A stretch of DNA of 24,000 nt, taken from NCBI GenBank assembly GCA_937974645.1, contig CALJVH010000019.1, forward strand, positions 15,069-39,068. Direction: 5' to 3'. The notes beneath the pieces are model-generated. The model did no database searches. It had not been told where the DNA came from and saw only the letters and a list, made by a program, of their open reading frames with translations. Shown here piece after piece: positions 1 to 6,523 of this stretch (position 1 is the stretch's first letter; every line of letters starts with the position of its first letter). Source of the DNA: an uncultured archaeon. GTDB lineage: Archaea; Thermoproteota; Nitrososphaeria_A; Caldarchaeales; Wolframiiraptoraceae. The position numbers and the translations under genes are program-made.

Positions 1-536
1 GTGGCCAGCACCGCAACTGTATCATCGACCGTGAATGAGCCCTCTTCAATACTTTCTATAACTCCTCGAAGGCCGGCTGGAACAAGAATCCTATGCTCCA
101 CAATTGATGATTCTTGGACGACGCCGATCACATCACCCTCCCCAACTTCATCTCCCGGTTTGGCCCCAGGCTCGAAATACCATTTCTTATCCCTCCTCAA
201 TGGAGTTATCTTCACTCCTCTCCGCATGAAGGGGCCTGTAAGCTTCCAAAACTCGACTTCTGATCTCTCAAGACCATCGAATATCTCGCCGATTAATCCT
301 GGCCCAAGTTCTGCTAGTAGAGGGGCGCCAGACCCGATCACCGGCTCACCAGGGCTCAACCCGCTCGTATCCTCATAGCATTGGAGGGCCACAAGGTTGC
401 CTGAAATCCTGATAACCTCGCCTATCAGCCTGAGCTCGCCAATATATACTGCGTCACCGGTCTTCGCACCTTTAAGGCCCTCGGCCACCACGAGAGAGCC
501 ATTAATCCTCTTTATCACGCCAACCTGCTGACTCAC
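1..536 (-). CDS. atpA: A-type (A1AO) ATP synthase catalytic subunit A, N-terminal ~178 codons; gene runs off the window start
   Basis: Not start-bounded in the ORF track. My minus-strand translation from GTG (536-534) gives VSQQVGVIKRINGSLVVAEGLKGAKTGDAVYIGELRLIGEVIRISGNLVALQCYEDTSGLSPGEPVIGSGAPLLAELGPGLIGEIFDGLERS..., the typical N-terminal barrel of A/V-ATPase A subunits. The GTG overlaps the TGA stop of the upstream E gene (GTGA). The 125-aa plus-strand ORF at 1-378 is its antisense shadow. Confidence 0.9.
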   Translation of the reverse strand, partial: MSQQVGVIKRINGSLVVAEGLKGAKTGDAVYIGELRLIGEVIRISGNLVALQCYEDTSGLSPGEPVIGSGAPLLAELGPGLIGEIFDGLERSEVEFWKLTGPFMRRGVKITPLRRDKKWYFEPGAKPGDEVGEGDVIGVVQESSIVEHRILVPAGLRGVIESIEEGSFTVDDTVAVLA

Positions 537-1141
537 CCCATCTCAACCTCCCTGAACAGCAATATGGAGACCTTCTCATGCAAAACAGGCTTGAGGGCTT
601 CAAGTCTACTCTCTATAGAGCCGTAGTAACTTTTCCGCCCACCGGTATTAAAGGCGTTTATCCCGCCCATTATTGGCGCCTTCTCAAGCTTTACTCTCAC
701 GGGAGTATCCTTAACCATGTCTGCAAGAAGATCTAGATCAGATTCATTTGCGCAGATTACTATCTCGCCGGCATCCGGGCCCGAGATGTATTTGAGGGCC
801 TCCTCCAAACTTCTGCGAAGAAAGCTCTTGTAAGCCTCGGATCTCGATTTCACCTCTTTCCTCAGCTTTTCAAGCGCTCTCTCAAACACCTTTTCAACAG
901 CCTCATTCTTCGCCAAGATTATCATTTTCCTCCCATCGCTCACTGCCCTCCCAAGTATCCTCCGCCGCAGTAACAACTTCTCTGATTCAATCTTACTCCT
1001 GGCAGATTCCTCAGCCTTTCTCCTAGCCTCCTCGAGTATCCTCTCGGCCTCCCTCTCGGCCTCCATCAGAATACTCTCAGCTTTCTCTCTAGCCCTCCTC
1101 CAAATTTCCTTCTTTAAGGCTTCGAGCTGCTCAGCGCTCAT
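533..1141 (-). CDS. atpE: A-type ATP synthase subunit E (peripheral stalk)
   Basis: 202 aa. Highly charged N-terminal helix (EALKKEIWRRAREKAESILMEAEREAERILEEARRKAEE) followed by a globular C-terminus. Size and position immediately upstream of atpA fit subunit E. Confidence 0.8.
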   Translation of the reverse strand: MSAEQLEALKKEIWRRAREKAESILMEAEREAERILEEARRKAEESARSKIESEKLLLRRRILGRAVSDGRKMIILAKNEAVEKVFERALEKLRKEVKSRSEAYKSFLRRSLEEALKYISGPDAGEIVICANESDLDLLADMVKDTPVRVKLEKAPIMGGINAFNTGGRKSYYGSIESRLEALKPVLHEKVSILLFREVEMG

Positions 1142-1445
1142 GTCCCAAAATCACCTTCACAACCAGCTCAGCAGCCCTCTCAACAAGCTCGTCAGAGATC
1201 GCTCTGAGCTTCTCAGCCCTAGCCCTATACTCGCCCAGAATCTTCTCGGCCTCCTCCCTCAAACTTTCCTCATATTCTTGAAGCTTTCTACGAATCACTT
1301 CCGTCTCGGTAGTCTTACTCAGGAACTTCTCCGCCTCGGCTCTAGCCTTTTGAACTATTTCCTGAGCTTTCCTCCTAGCCTCCTCGACGTACATCATCGC
1401 TTTCTTCTCCTCGAGCAGTATTGATGCTATACTCATAGCATTCAC
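1131..1445 (-). CDS. A-type ATP synthase subunit H-like (V-ATPase G-like) coiled-coil stalk protein
   Basis: 104 aa, almost entirely a charged helix (EEARRKAQEIVQKARAEAEKFL...). Lies between atpF and atpE. GTG start 2 nt after the atpF TAA (ATG alternative at 1436). Its last 11 nt overlap the atpE start. Confidence 0.55.
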   Translation of the reverse strand: MNAMSIASILLEEKKAMMYVEEARRKAQEIVQKARAEAEKFLSKTTETEVIRRKLQEYEESLREEAEKILGEYRARAEKLRAISDELVERAAELVVKVILGHER

Positions 1446-1447
1446 CC

Positions 1448-1768
1448 TTATACGCGGATCTCAACACCCATTGCTAGGCTTATTCTTCTTCTAAGATCTT
1501 CCGCCCTCTTTCCCAGACCAAGCTCTGGAACGAATATGATTACGGGCTCGATCTGCTCCTCCATATGGAGCTCTGATCTCACCTCATTAACATTATCGAG
1601 AAATCTTTCGGGAACTATTAAAGCCGAGTACTCCCTAGATCTGAAAACCCTCTCCAGAGCCCTCCGAACCTCTTCCTCAGAACTCGCCTCCAGGGCCTCG
1701 GCTCCGATGAGCATCCAGAGGGCCGCAAAACTTCTATCACCTATTGCTGCTATCCTCATTTTAGCCAT
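1448..1768 (-). CDS. atpF: A-type ATP synthase subunit F
   Basis: 106 aa. MAKMRIAAIGDRSFAALWMLIGAE...YSALIVPERF matches the V/A-ATPase F subunit pattern (M-IAVIGD...GF.L.G...giI.i.E). First gene of the operon fragment, with a TATA-like box ~30 nt upstream. Confidence 0.8.
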   Translation of the reverse strand: MAKMRIAAIGDRSFAALWMLIGAEALEASSEEEVRRALERVFRSREYSALIVPERFLDNVNEVRSELHMEEQIEPVIIFVPELGLGKRAEDLRRRISLAMGVEIRV

Positions 1769-1796
1769 CCTCCGAGCCTGTAAGGAGAGGCGAGCT

Positions 1797-1804
1797 CTTA
1801 AAAT
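1797..1804 (-). promoter_or_regulatory. TATA-like box (TTTTAAGA on minus strand) for the ATPase operon
   Basis: AT-rich box centred ~32 nt upstream of the atpF ATG (1768), consistent with a leaderless or short-leader archaeal transcript. Confidence 0.4.
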
Positions 1805-1842
1805 GCATATTTTAGGCGTAAAAGCCTAGGGCACTCGGATTA

Positions 1843-1932
1843 CTAGCCCTTCTTCTTTTTCTTCTCTTCAGACTTCTCCTCCGGAGATGCTGGGCCGTGC
1901 GGTAGGTATGGGTTAACTTGACGACCTCCCAT
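1843..1932 (-). CDS. Hypothetical 29-aa lysine-tailed small protein (MGGRQVNPYLPHGPASPEEKSEEKKKKKG)
   Basis: Below the ORF-track cutoff; found by hand. ATG preceded by GGTGGAGGCTG (SD-like, complementary to the archaeal 16S 3' end). A TATAAGGTTAAAAG box lies ~35-48 nt upstream. Contains some codons that are rare here (cgt, caa), which lowers confidence. Confidence 0.25.
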   Translation of the reverse strand: MGGRQVNPYLPHGPASPEEKSEEKKKKKG

Positions 1933-1999
1933 CAGCCTCCACCCATACAAATTTTCTCGAATGCAGCTTTTAACCTTATACTCGAATCAGCATAACCCA

Positions 2000-2638
2000 T
2001 TATTCCAGCATGAGCTTAACCCTTTCAATATACTCCCGCAACCCGCGATTCCAGATGATTAGGAAGAAGTCTCCCCAAGCTTCGACCACCTCCGTCATCT
2101 TCCTTTTTCTCAGACCCTCGACCTTCCTCCCTGGGCAATTTGAGCCTATCCACGTTAGAGCGGCCTTTCTGAAGTTACGTCTATTATTCGTTAGATATCT
2201 TACAGCCTTATCCACGAGCTCTTCGGGTGGGTCAGCGATTAGGAGGTCGCACACAATCCCGCGGCTGAGGAACTTAAACGCGTCCTCCCTTATTATCTGG
2301 ACGCTGTTAATATTTCTGAGATTACGGGAGGCGGCATCCGGATAAAGATCAACGTAGATTATTTTCTTCACGCCGTTCATGGCGGCTAACTTGGAGATTG
2401 CGCCACTTCCACCAAAGAGATCTATGAGGCTCTTAGGCTTGAGCACGCGGATTAATGCGTCAGCCGCCTCCACGAGGCCCGGTGATGGGCCATAAACATA
2501 CTCATTATCGAAGAGGATTAACCATTTTATTCCGAGCTTTTTAGACGCCAAGACCAGGGGGGACATAGGAGATACTTTAGCGGTCTTCGTCAACCACTCA
2601 ATCTTTACCAGCCTGGCGCTCCTGATTACAGAACTCAT
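2000..2638 (-). CDS. Class I SAM-dependent methyltransferase (RsmD/N2-guanine-MTase-like, DPPx motif)
   Basis: 212 aa. Motif I LIDLFGGSGAISKLAA, acidic loop YVDLYPDA, motif IV LLIADPPEE. Layout resembles RsmD-type (vLDLFaGSG...DPPy) enzymes. Substrate unknown. Confidence 0.6.
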   Translation of the reverse strand: MSSVIRSARLVKIEWLTKTAKVSPMSPLVLASKKLGIKWLILFDNEYVYGPSPGLVEAADALIRVLKPKSLIDLFGGSGAISKLAAMNGVKKIIYVDLYPDAASRNLRNINSVQIIREDAFKFLSRGIVCDLLIADPPEELVDKAVRYLTNNRRNFRKAALTWIGSNCPGRKVEGLRKRKMTEVVEAWGDFFLIIWNRGLREYIERVKLMLE

Positions 2639-2763
2639 ATCAGATTCACGATAATTAGGATGATTATGGCTCAGTCAAATGCCTTCACTTCATCAGATCC
2701 GTGGAACTCTGATTCTTCATCGCCGAATCCGACGTATGCGCCCCTCTTATTACGCTTTTCGGG

Positions 2764-3504
2764 TCATCTTATCCAAGGCTCCTTCTTTACGCCGACCGGG
2801 ATTATGTAGAGTGGTTCCCCCATGCCTCCGACTATCCGCTTAACTTCATCATCATAGAAGGCGCCGATTACGACGCAGGCCAGGCCCAAGCTCACACACT
2901 GGAGATAAACATTCTGGCCAACATGCCCGACTTCCATGTAGACGTACCTGTATCCCCGCTCACCATATACCCTGGTTGTCCGCTCATAGACGGCATTTAT
3001 CACGAGATTCACCGCTGCTTCAAGAACCCACTCCTGGCGGAGCGCAGCCCTCATAAGATCTCTACTATAATCACCCGGCTTCACGAGTTCGATCTCATGA
3101 GATCCCGGCAGATAGTGGTAGACTCCTGGATCAAGCGCTTCAACCCCACCCTCCTTAACTACTACATAGACTTCTAGGGGGTACGTAGCACCAGCGGATG
3201 GAGCGGATCTAAATCCTGTAGACCGCTGAGTTATTCCTTGAGACGACCAGAGTATCTGGGAGAGCTGCTTTAATGTTACCGGCTTATCCGCATACTCTCT
3301 AATGCTCCTCCTAACGAGTATGGCCTCCTCTATCGAGATTGGGCTCCTATAAGATGGCTCTGGAAGCTTTAATCTCCTACCACCACTCATCTCAACTTCT
3401 TCGACTTTCTCGGTGAAAAAGTTTAGCTTGGTGAGAGCCACGAACCCCGCTAAGACCGCGGCCGCAAGAGACGCCAATCCCGCTAAAAATGCTCTTCTCC
3501 TCAT
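2764..3504 (-). CDS. SagB-type / nitroreductase-family flavoprotein with twin-arginine-like signal or anchor
   Basis: 246 aa. N-terminus MRRRAFLAGLASLAAAVLAG (RRxFL plus hydrophobic stretch). Body contains RRSIREY...L..ILW..QGIT....RSAPSAGATYPLEVYVVV, then VYERTT.RYGERGYRYVYMEVGHVGQN.YL, typical of SagB/ThcOx-type nitroreductase domains. Confidence 0.75.
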   Translation of the reverse strand: MRRRAFLAGLASLAAAVLAGFVALTKLNFFTEKVEEVEMSGGRRLKLPEPSYRSPISIEEAILVRRSIREYADKPVTLKQLSQILWSSQGITQRSTGFRSAPSAGATYPLEVYVVVKEGGVEALDPGVYHYLPGSHEIELVKPGDYSRDLMRAALRQEWVLEAAVNLVINAVYERTTRVYGERGYRYVYMEVGHVGQNVYLQCVSLGLACVVIGAFYDDEVKRIVGGMGEPLYIIPVGVKKEPWIR

Positions 3505-3528
3505 TCACTTCACCAGGGGGAGTGGGAT

Positions 3529-3537
3529 TCTATAAGC
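3529..3537 (-). promoter_or_regulatory. TATA-like box (GCTTATAGAA on minus strand) for the nitroreductase gene
   Basis: Centred ~29 nt upstream of the ATG at 3504; implies a leaderless mRNA. Confidence 0.4.
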
Positions 3538-3561
3538 ATTGCAGCCGAATCAGGCCTGAAA

Positions 3562-3591
3562 TAAGGATAAGTAAGGTAAGGATAAGTAAGG
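3562..3591. repeat. Perfect tandem duplication of the 15-mer TAAGGATAAGTAAGG (also readable as a TAAGG/ATAAG pentamer array extending to ~3599)
   Basis: Read directly: 3562-3576 and 3577-3591 are identical, followed by the degenerate units TTAGT AAGCG. Located in the 128-bp divergent spacer between the nitroreductase and trmI genes. Confidence 0.95.
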
Positions 3592-3601
3592 TTAGTAAGC
3601 G

Positions 3602-3607
3602 TTTAAG
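3602..3607 (+). promoter_or_regulatory. TATA-like box (TTTAAG) for trmI
   Basis: Centred ~29 nt upstream of the ATG at 3633; supports 3633 rather than 3489 as the start. Confidence 0.4.
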
Positions 3608-3632
3608 TCTTGTTGAGAATTTATGCTTAGAT

Positions 3633-4415
3633 ATGAGTGAGATAGGGGAAGGCGATGAAGTCCTCTTCATAACTCAGAAGGGGAAAAGGTATCTGCTGAA
3701 GGCGGTGAGGGGGAAGAGGTTCCATAGTAGCGAGGGCTATATCGATTTAGGGAGAGTCATTGGCTTGCGCTATGGTTCAAGGGTAAGGACCAACATTGGA
3801 TCGGTGTGGGTGGCGGCGAAGCCCACGATCTTAGACCATGTATTAAGCTTCCCAAGAGTGACTCAGATAATTTACCCGAAGGACTTAGGCTATATCATCT
3901 TGATGAGTGGCGTGAGATGCGGGAACATTGTTGTCGAGGGCGGGACGGGAGCCGGAATCCTAACCACGATGCTAGCCTACTATGTCGCGCCCAGCGGGCG
4001 GGTCTACAGCTACGACGTCAAGCAAGAACATTTGGAACTCGTGGCAAGGCATCTTGAAAGACTCGGGCTGAGAGAATATGTTGAGTTGAAGCATGGGGAC
4101 CTAACCAAGTCCATAGATGAGGAGGAGGTGGATGCCGTTATTCTAGATATACCTACTCCATGGCTTGCCGTAGCAAATGCTAAGAAGGCACTTAGAGATG
4201 GCGGAGTATTCATCTCGATAAGTCCAACGATGGAGCAGATCGTTGAGACCGTCGAGGGCTTAAGGGAGGAGGGATTCACGGACATATCCTGCGTCGAGAT
4301 ACTGTTGAGGAGGATGAGAGTACGAAGGGGAATGACCCGGCCAGAGCATCAGATGCATGCTCATACATCATACATAGTCACAGCAAGGAAGGCCTACAGG
4401 GAAGATGAAAGCTAA
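3633..4415 (+). CDS. trmI: tRNA (adenine-N1)-methyltransferase TrmI (GCD14 family, m1A57/58)
   Basis: Motif I VVEGGTGAGILTTMLA, catalytic DAVILDIPTPW (D-x-P-x-PW), N-terminal small beta domain (EGDEVLFITQKGKRYLLK). I chose the start at the internal ATG (codon 49 of the 308-aa ORF) because the upstream part is promoter/repeat DNA. Confidence 0.85.
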   Translation: MSEIGEGDEVLFITQKGKRYLLKAVRGKRFHSSEGYIDLGRVIGLRYGSRVRTNIGSVWVAAKPTILDHVLSFPRVTQIIYPKDLGYIILMSGVRCGNIVVEGGTGAGILTTMLAYYVAPSGRVYSYDVKQEHLELVARHLERLGLREYVELKHGDLTKSIDEEEVDAVILDIPTPWLAVANAKKALRDGGVFISISPTMEQIVETVEGLREEGFTDISCVEILLRRMRVRRGMTRPEHQMHAHTSYIVTARKAYREDES

Positions 4416-4434
4416 ACCTTAAAGCCTGCCAGCT

Positions 4435-4626
4435 GTGGAGCTGGTGATGATGAAGCGGACGCTGGTGATCCAACTCATCCCGATACTTCTGCTGATACTC
4501 GCGGTCTGCACGCCGATACTCTATGCCACGATCACAAGCCTCTCGACATGGGCCATAGCATTAACCATAGCGTGGATACTGCTGCTAATAATATACGTCA
4601 GCATAGCTGTGATAAAATGGAAGTAA
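4435..4626 (+). CDS. Hypothetical small membrane protein (two predicted TM helices)
   Basis: 63 aa. LVIQLIPILLLILAVCTPILYA and WAIALTIAWILLLIIYVSIAVI are hydrophobic helices. Starts 19 nt after trmI. GTG start, or ATG at 4447/4450. Confidence 0.45.
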   Translation: MELVMMKRTLVIQLIPILLLILAVCTPILYATITSLSTWAIALTIAWILLLIIYVSIAVIKWK

Positions 4627-4631
4627 AGTGC

Positions 4632-5240
4632 CTATTCACCTTTTAACTTTTTGATCAGATCAGCTAAGGTTTCCGCCGCCTCATCAGCATGCTGATATGG
4701 ATATTTTTGGGGATACGTGAACTTGAGTTGTAGGAAATAGCAGCATACATGATTCGCGGCGGCCGCCGCAAACTGCCTAGCAATCATTTGATGCTCCTCA
4801 ATCTCCTCGACCGCCTCCACCTCCCTGATCCTCCTCTGACCTTCAGCGGCCTGAAGATCCTTCATCCTCCTCTGCAGTATATCCTCAGGCCTGAACTCGA
4901 GGACGACGATCGCATCCGGCCTCAGAGCCTCAATGACCTTGGATGGCATGCCGGGATAATATCCGTATGGAGTCTTTATCGCGGCATGAGTGTCGATGAT
5001 CAGGTCGCCATCAAGCTTTGAGATCTCCTCAGCCGCCCTTTCCTGAAGCTGCTTATACTCCATGGGCTTGATCCTCTTTCTCATCTCATCCCTATCTGAT
5101 AGCCCTAGAGATCTCCTCGCTTCCTCGAACATGTAGTCTCCGAAGTTCACAATCTTCAGCTTCGGAATCTTCTCAACAAGTTTCTTAAGAATCGTGGATT
5201 TACCTGCTCCAGGAACCGCTACAACAACTGCTCTAACCAT
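4632..5240 (-). CDS. adkA: Archaeal-type adenylate kinase
   Basis: 202 aa. P-loop VVVAVPGAGKSTILKKL, then IVNFGD.MFE.A......RDEMRK and LIIDTHAAIKTP.GY.PG, as in AdkA of archaea. Confidence 0.85.
   Translation of the reverse strand: MVRAVVVAVPGAGKSTILKKLVEKIPKLKIVNFGDYMFEEARRSLGLSDRDEMRKRIKPMEYKQLQERAAEEISKLDGDLIIDTHAAIKTPYGYYPGMPSKVIEALRPDAIVVLEFRPEDILQRRMKDLQAAEGQRRIREVEAVEEIEEHQMIARQFAAAAANHVCCYFLQLKFTYPQKYPYQHADEAAETLADLIKKLKGE
4641..4652 (+). terminator. Oligo-T tract (TTTTAACTTTTT), candidate terminator for the trmI unit
   Basis: T4 and T5 runs 15-26 nt past the stop at 4626. They lie inside the 3' coding end of the convergent adkA gene. Confidence 0.3.
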
Positions 5241-5294
5241 GGGAGACGCTTAAGAAAGCGATGAAATAAAGGTTGCTAAGAGAGATGCTGACGG

Positions 5295-6104
5295 CTACGA
5301 TAACTGCATCTGCCTCTCGATCTTCTGCTTCGCCGCCAGGTATTCCTCCTCGCTTAACTCGCCGATCCTATATCTCAACTCGATTTTATCGAGCTCCTTT
5401 TTTAACTTCTCATAGAGTTTTAGGAGGTCTTGAAGCGCACCCATCGTCTTGTTAAGGTCATCAGCAATCATTTTAGTATCTTCCTCACCTAACCCGAGGG
5501 AGGCGCCCCTCTCCGAGATCCGATCTCTTAAGCTTCTGAGCCGCTCCTCGTAAACCGGGAGATCCGTGAGCTTCACATCAAGAAAGTTTCGCAACACGTC
5601 AATTCGCGGCTTAATCTTCGAGATCTCCCTATCTATCGTGAGCTTCTCAGTTATGTATTGTTTATCAGGGATTTCTCCAATCTCATGTCTGATCTTAAGT
5701 TGCTCAAGCTTAGTTGTTAATTCATGCAACTTCTGCTCAAGCGAGCTCATAAGTTCGAGTCTTCTCGAGTTTATTGATTCTATCTTACTCTGATACTCCC
5801 TGTAAAGGTCTAGGAATACGTCGGCTGATGTCTCGCCGTTCAGGAATAGCTCGAGGAGCTTATGTCTCCAGTTTAGATAGTTTGCTAGCTGCTCTACGAT
5901 CTTCCGCTCCTCTGAGATCTCATGGGGCTTCTTCTCAACTTCCTCCGAAAACTCTTGCCTAGCCTTCTCGGCCTGCGCCTCTATCTCGGAGACTATCTCT
6001 TCCTCTGGCTTCTCTTCGGTGAGGGGCTTCCCGCAAAATTTGCAGTACTGCGCCTTATATGTCTCGCGGCCGCAGTGTGGGCAGATGATCTTCTCCCTCC
6101 ACAT
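5295..6104 (-). CDS. Zinc-ribbon plus coiled-coil protein, function unknown
   Basis: 269 aa. N-terminal CPHCG-x11-CKFCG zinc ribbon, acidic linker, then long heptad-like helices containing three GE[ILT][SP]-x3-[YF] motifs. TATA-like box ~34 nt upstream. Confidence 0.7.
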   Translation of the reverse strand: MWREKIICPHCGRETYKAQYCKFCGKPLTEEKPEEEIVSEIEAQAEKARQEFSEEVEKKPHEISEERKIVEQLANYLNWRHKLLELFLNGETSADVFLDLYREYQSKIESINSRRLELMSSLEQKLHELTTKLEQLKIRHEIGEIPDKQYITEKLTIDREISKIKPRIDVLRNFLDVKLTDLPVYEERLRSLRDRISERGASLGLGEEDTKMIADDLNKTMGALQDLLKLYEKLKKELDKIELRYRIGELSEEEYLAAKQKIERQMQLS

Positions 6105-6132
6105 TGCTCAATCGAGTCAGTTTCGACGATTC

Positions 6133-6143
6133 TATATTATAAG
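6133..6143 (-). promoter_or_regulatory. TATA-like box (CTTATAATATA on minus strand) for the Zn-ribbon gene
   Basis: AT-rich element flanked by TTCT/AGAA, centred ~34 nt upstream of the ATG at 6104. Confidence 0.35.
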
Positions 6144-6237
6144 AATTCTCCTAAGACATGGCGAGGAAGAGCAACTGGTAAGCAATTGCGAATGCTTGGA
6201 GTAGTACTTGGTGGGGAGTTATTCGCGGCTCAGATAA

Positions 6238-6247
6238 ACTATTAAAT
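6238..6247 (+). promoter_or_regulatory. TATA-like box (CTATTAAATA) for the histone gene
   Basis: It overlaps the first ATG of the ORF (6248) and sits ~40 nt upstream of the ATG at 6284, which has GGAG 5 nt upstream. This argues that 6284 is the real start. Confidence 0.35.
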
Positions 6248-6283
6248 ATGTCTAAGGCAGTCACTCGATGGAAGGGAGTTGAG

Positions 6284-6523
6284 ATGGTGAGCGAAAGAGA
6301 GATTTCACTAGCACCTATTCATAGGTTGATAAAAAGGGCTGGAGCTGCTAGAGCGAGCGAGGATGCGGCCGAGGAACTCAGGAAAATTTTGGAGGAGATC
6401 GGGGTTGCGATAGCGAAGGAGGCATTAAGCCTAGCGCAATATGCAGGAAGAAGAACTGTTAGGAGAGAGGATATCGATAGGGCGGCGAGAACGCTCCTAA
6501 GAGGATATTACTCAACTCAATAG
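6284..6523 (+). CDS. Archaeal histone (HMf family histone fold)
   Basis: ISLAPIHRLIKRAGAARASEDAAEELRKILEEIGVAIAKEALSLAQYAGRRTVRREDID matches the HMfA/B pattern (LPIAP..RIIK.AGA.RVS.DA...L...LEE....I...A..LA.HAGRKT.K.EDI). 79 aa from 6284 (91 aa if 6248). C-terminal tail is ~8 aa longer than HMfB. Confidence 0.85.
   Translation: MVSEREISLAPIHRLIKRAGAARASEDAAEELRKILEEIGVAIAKEALSLAQYAGRRTVRREDIDRAARTLLRGYYSTQ

Noticed and set aside
1-378. 125-aa plus-strand ORF at the window start
   Set aside because: It is antisense to a clear atpA N-terminal reading frame, has S/T/P-rich low-complexity composition, and has no start context.
2674-2763. 30 sense codons in frame after the nitroreductase TGA stop (PEKRNKRGAYVGFGDEESEFHGSDEVKAFD), suggesting possible readthrough or recoding
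   Set aside because: There is no SECIS-like or recoding signal that I can identify and no independent start codon. An open stretch of this length is expected by chance. The same DNA is better explained by the candidate sRNA and the methyltransferase promoter.
1843-3504. Idea that the SagB-type dehydrogenase, methyltransferase and 29-aa peptide form a RiPP/TOMM cluster
   Set aside because: No YcaO/cyclodehydratase or protease/transporter is present. The peptide has no Cys and almost no Ser/Thr core. The SagB-like protein looks exported. The genes have separate promoter-like elements.
3489-3632. 48-codon N-terminal extension of trmI (ORF-track start at 3489)
   Set aside because: The extension overlaps the nitroreductase start and translates the promoter repeat (RISKVRISKV). 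A TATA-like box sits ~29 nt before the internal ATG at 3633, where the TrmI homology begins.
4444-4495. GTGATGATGA ... CTGA, a box C/D-like arrangement
   Set aside because: There are no D'/C' boxes and no terminal complementarity. The region is well explained as the start of a two-TM small protein ORF.
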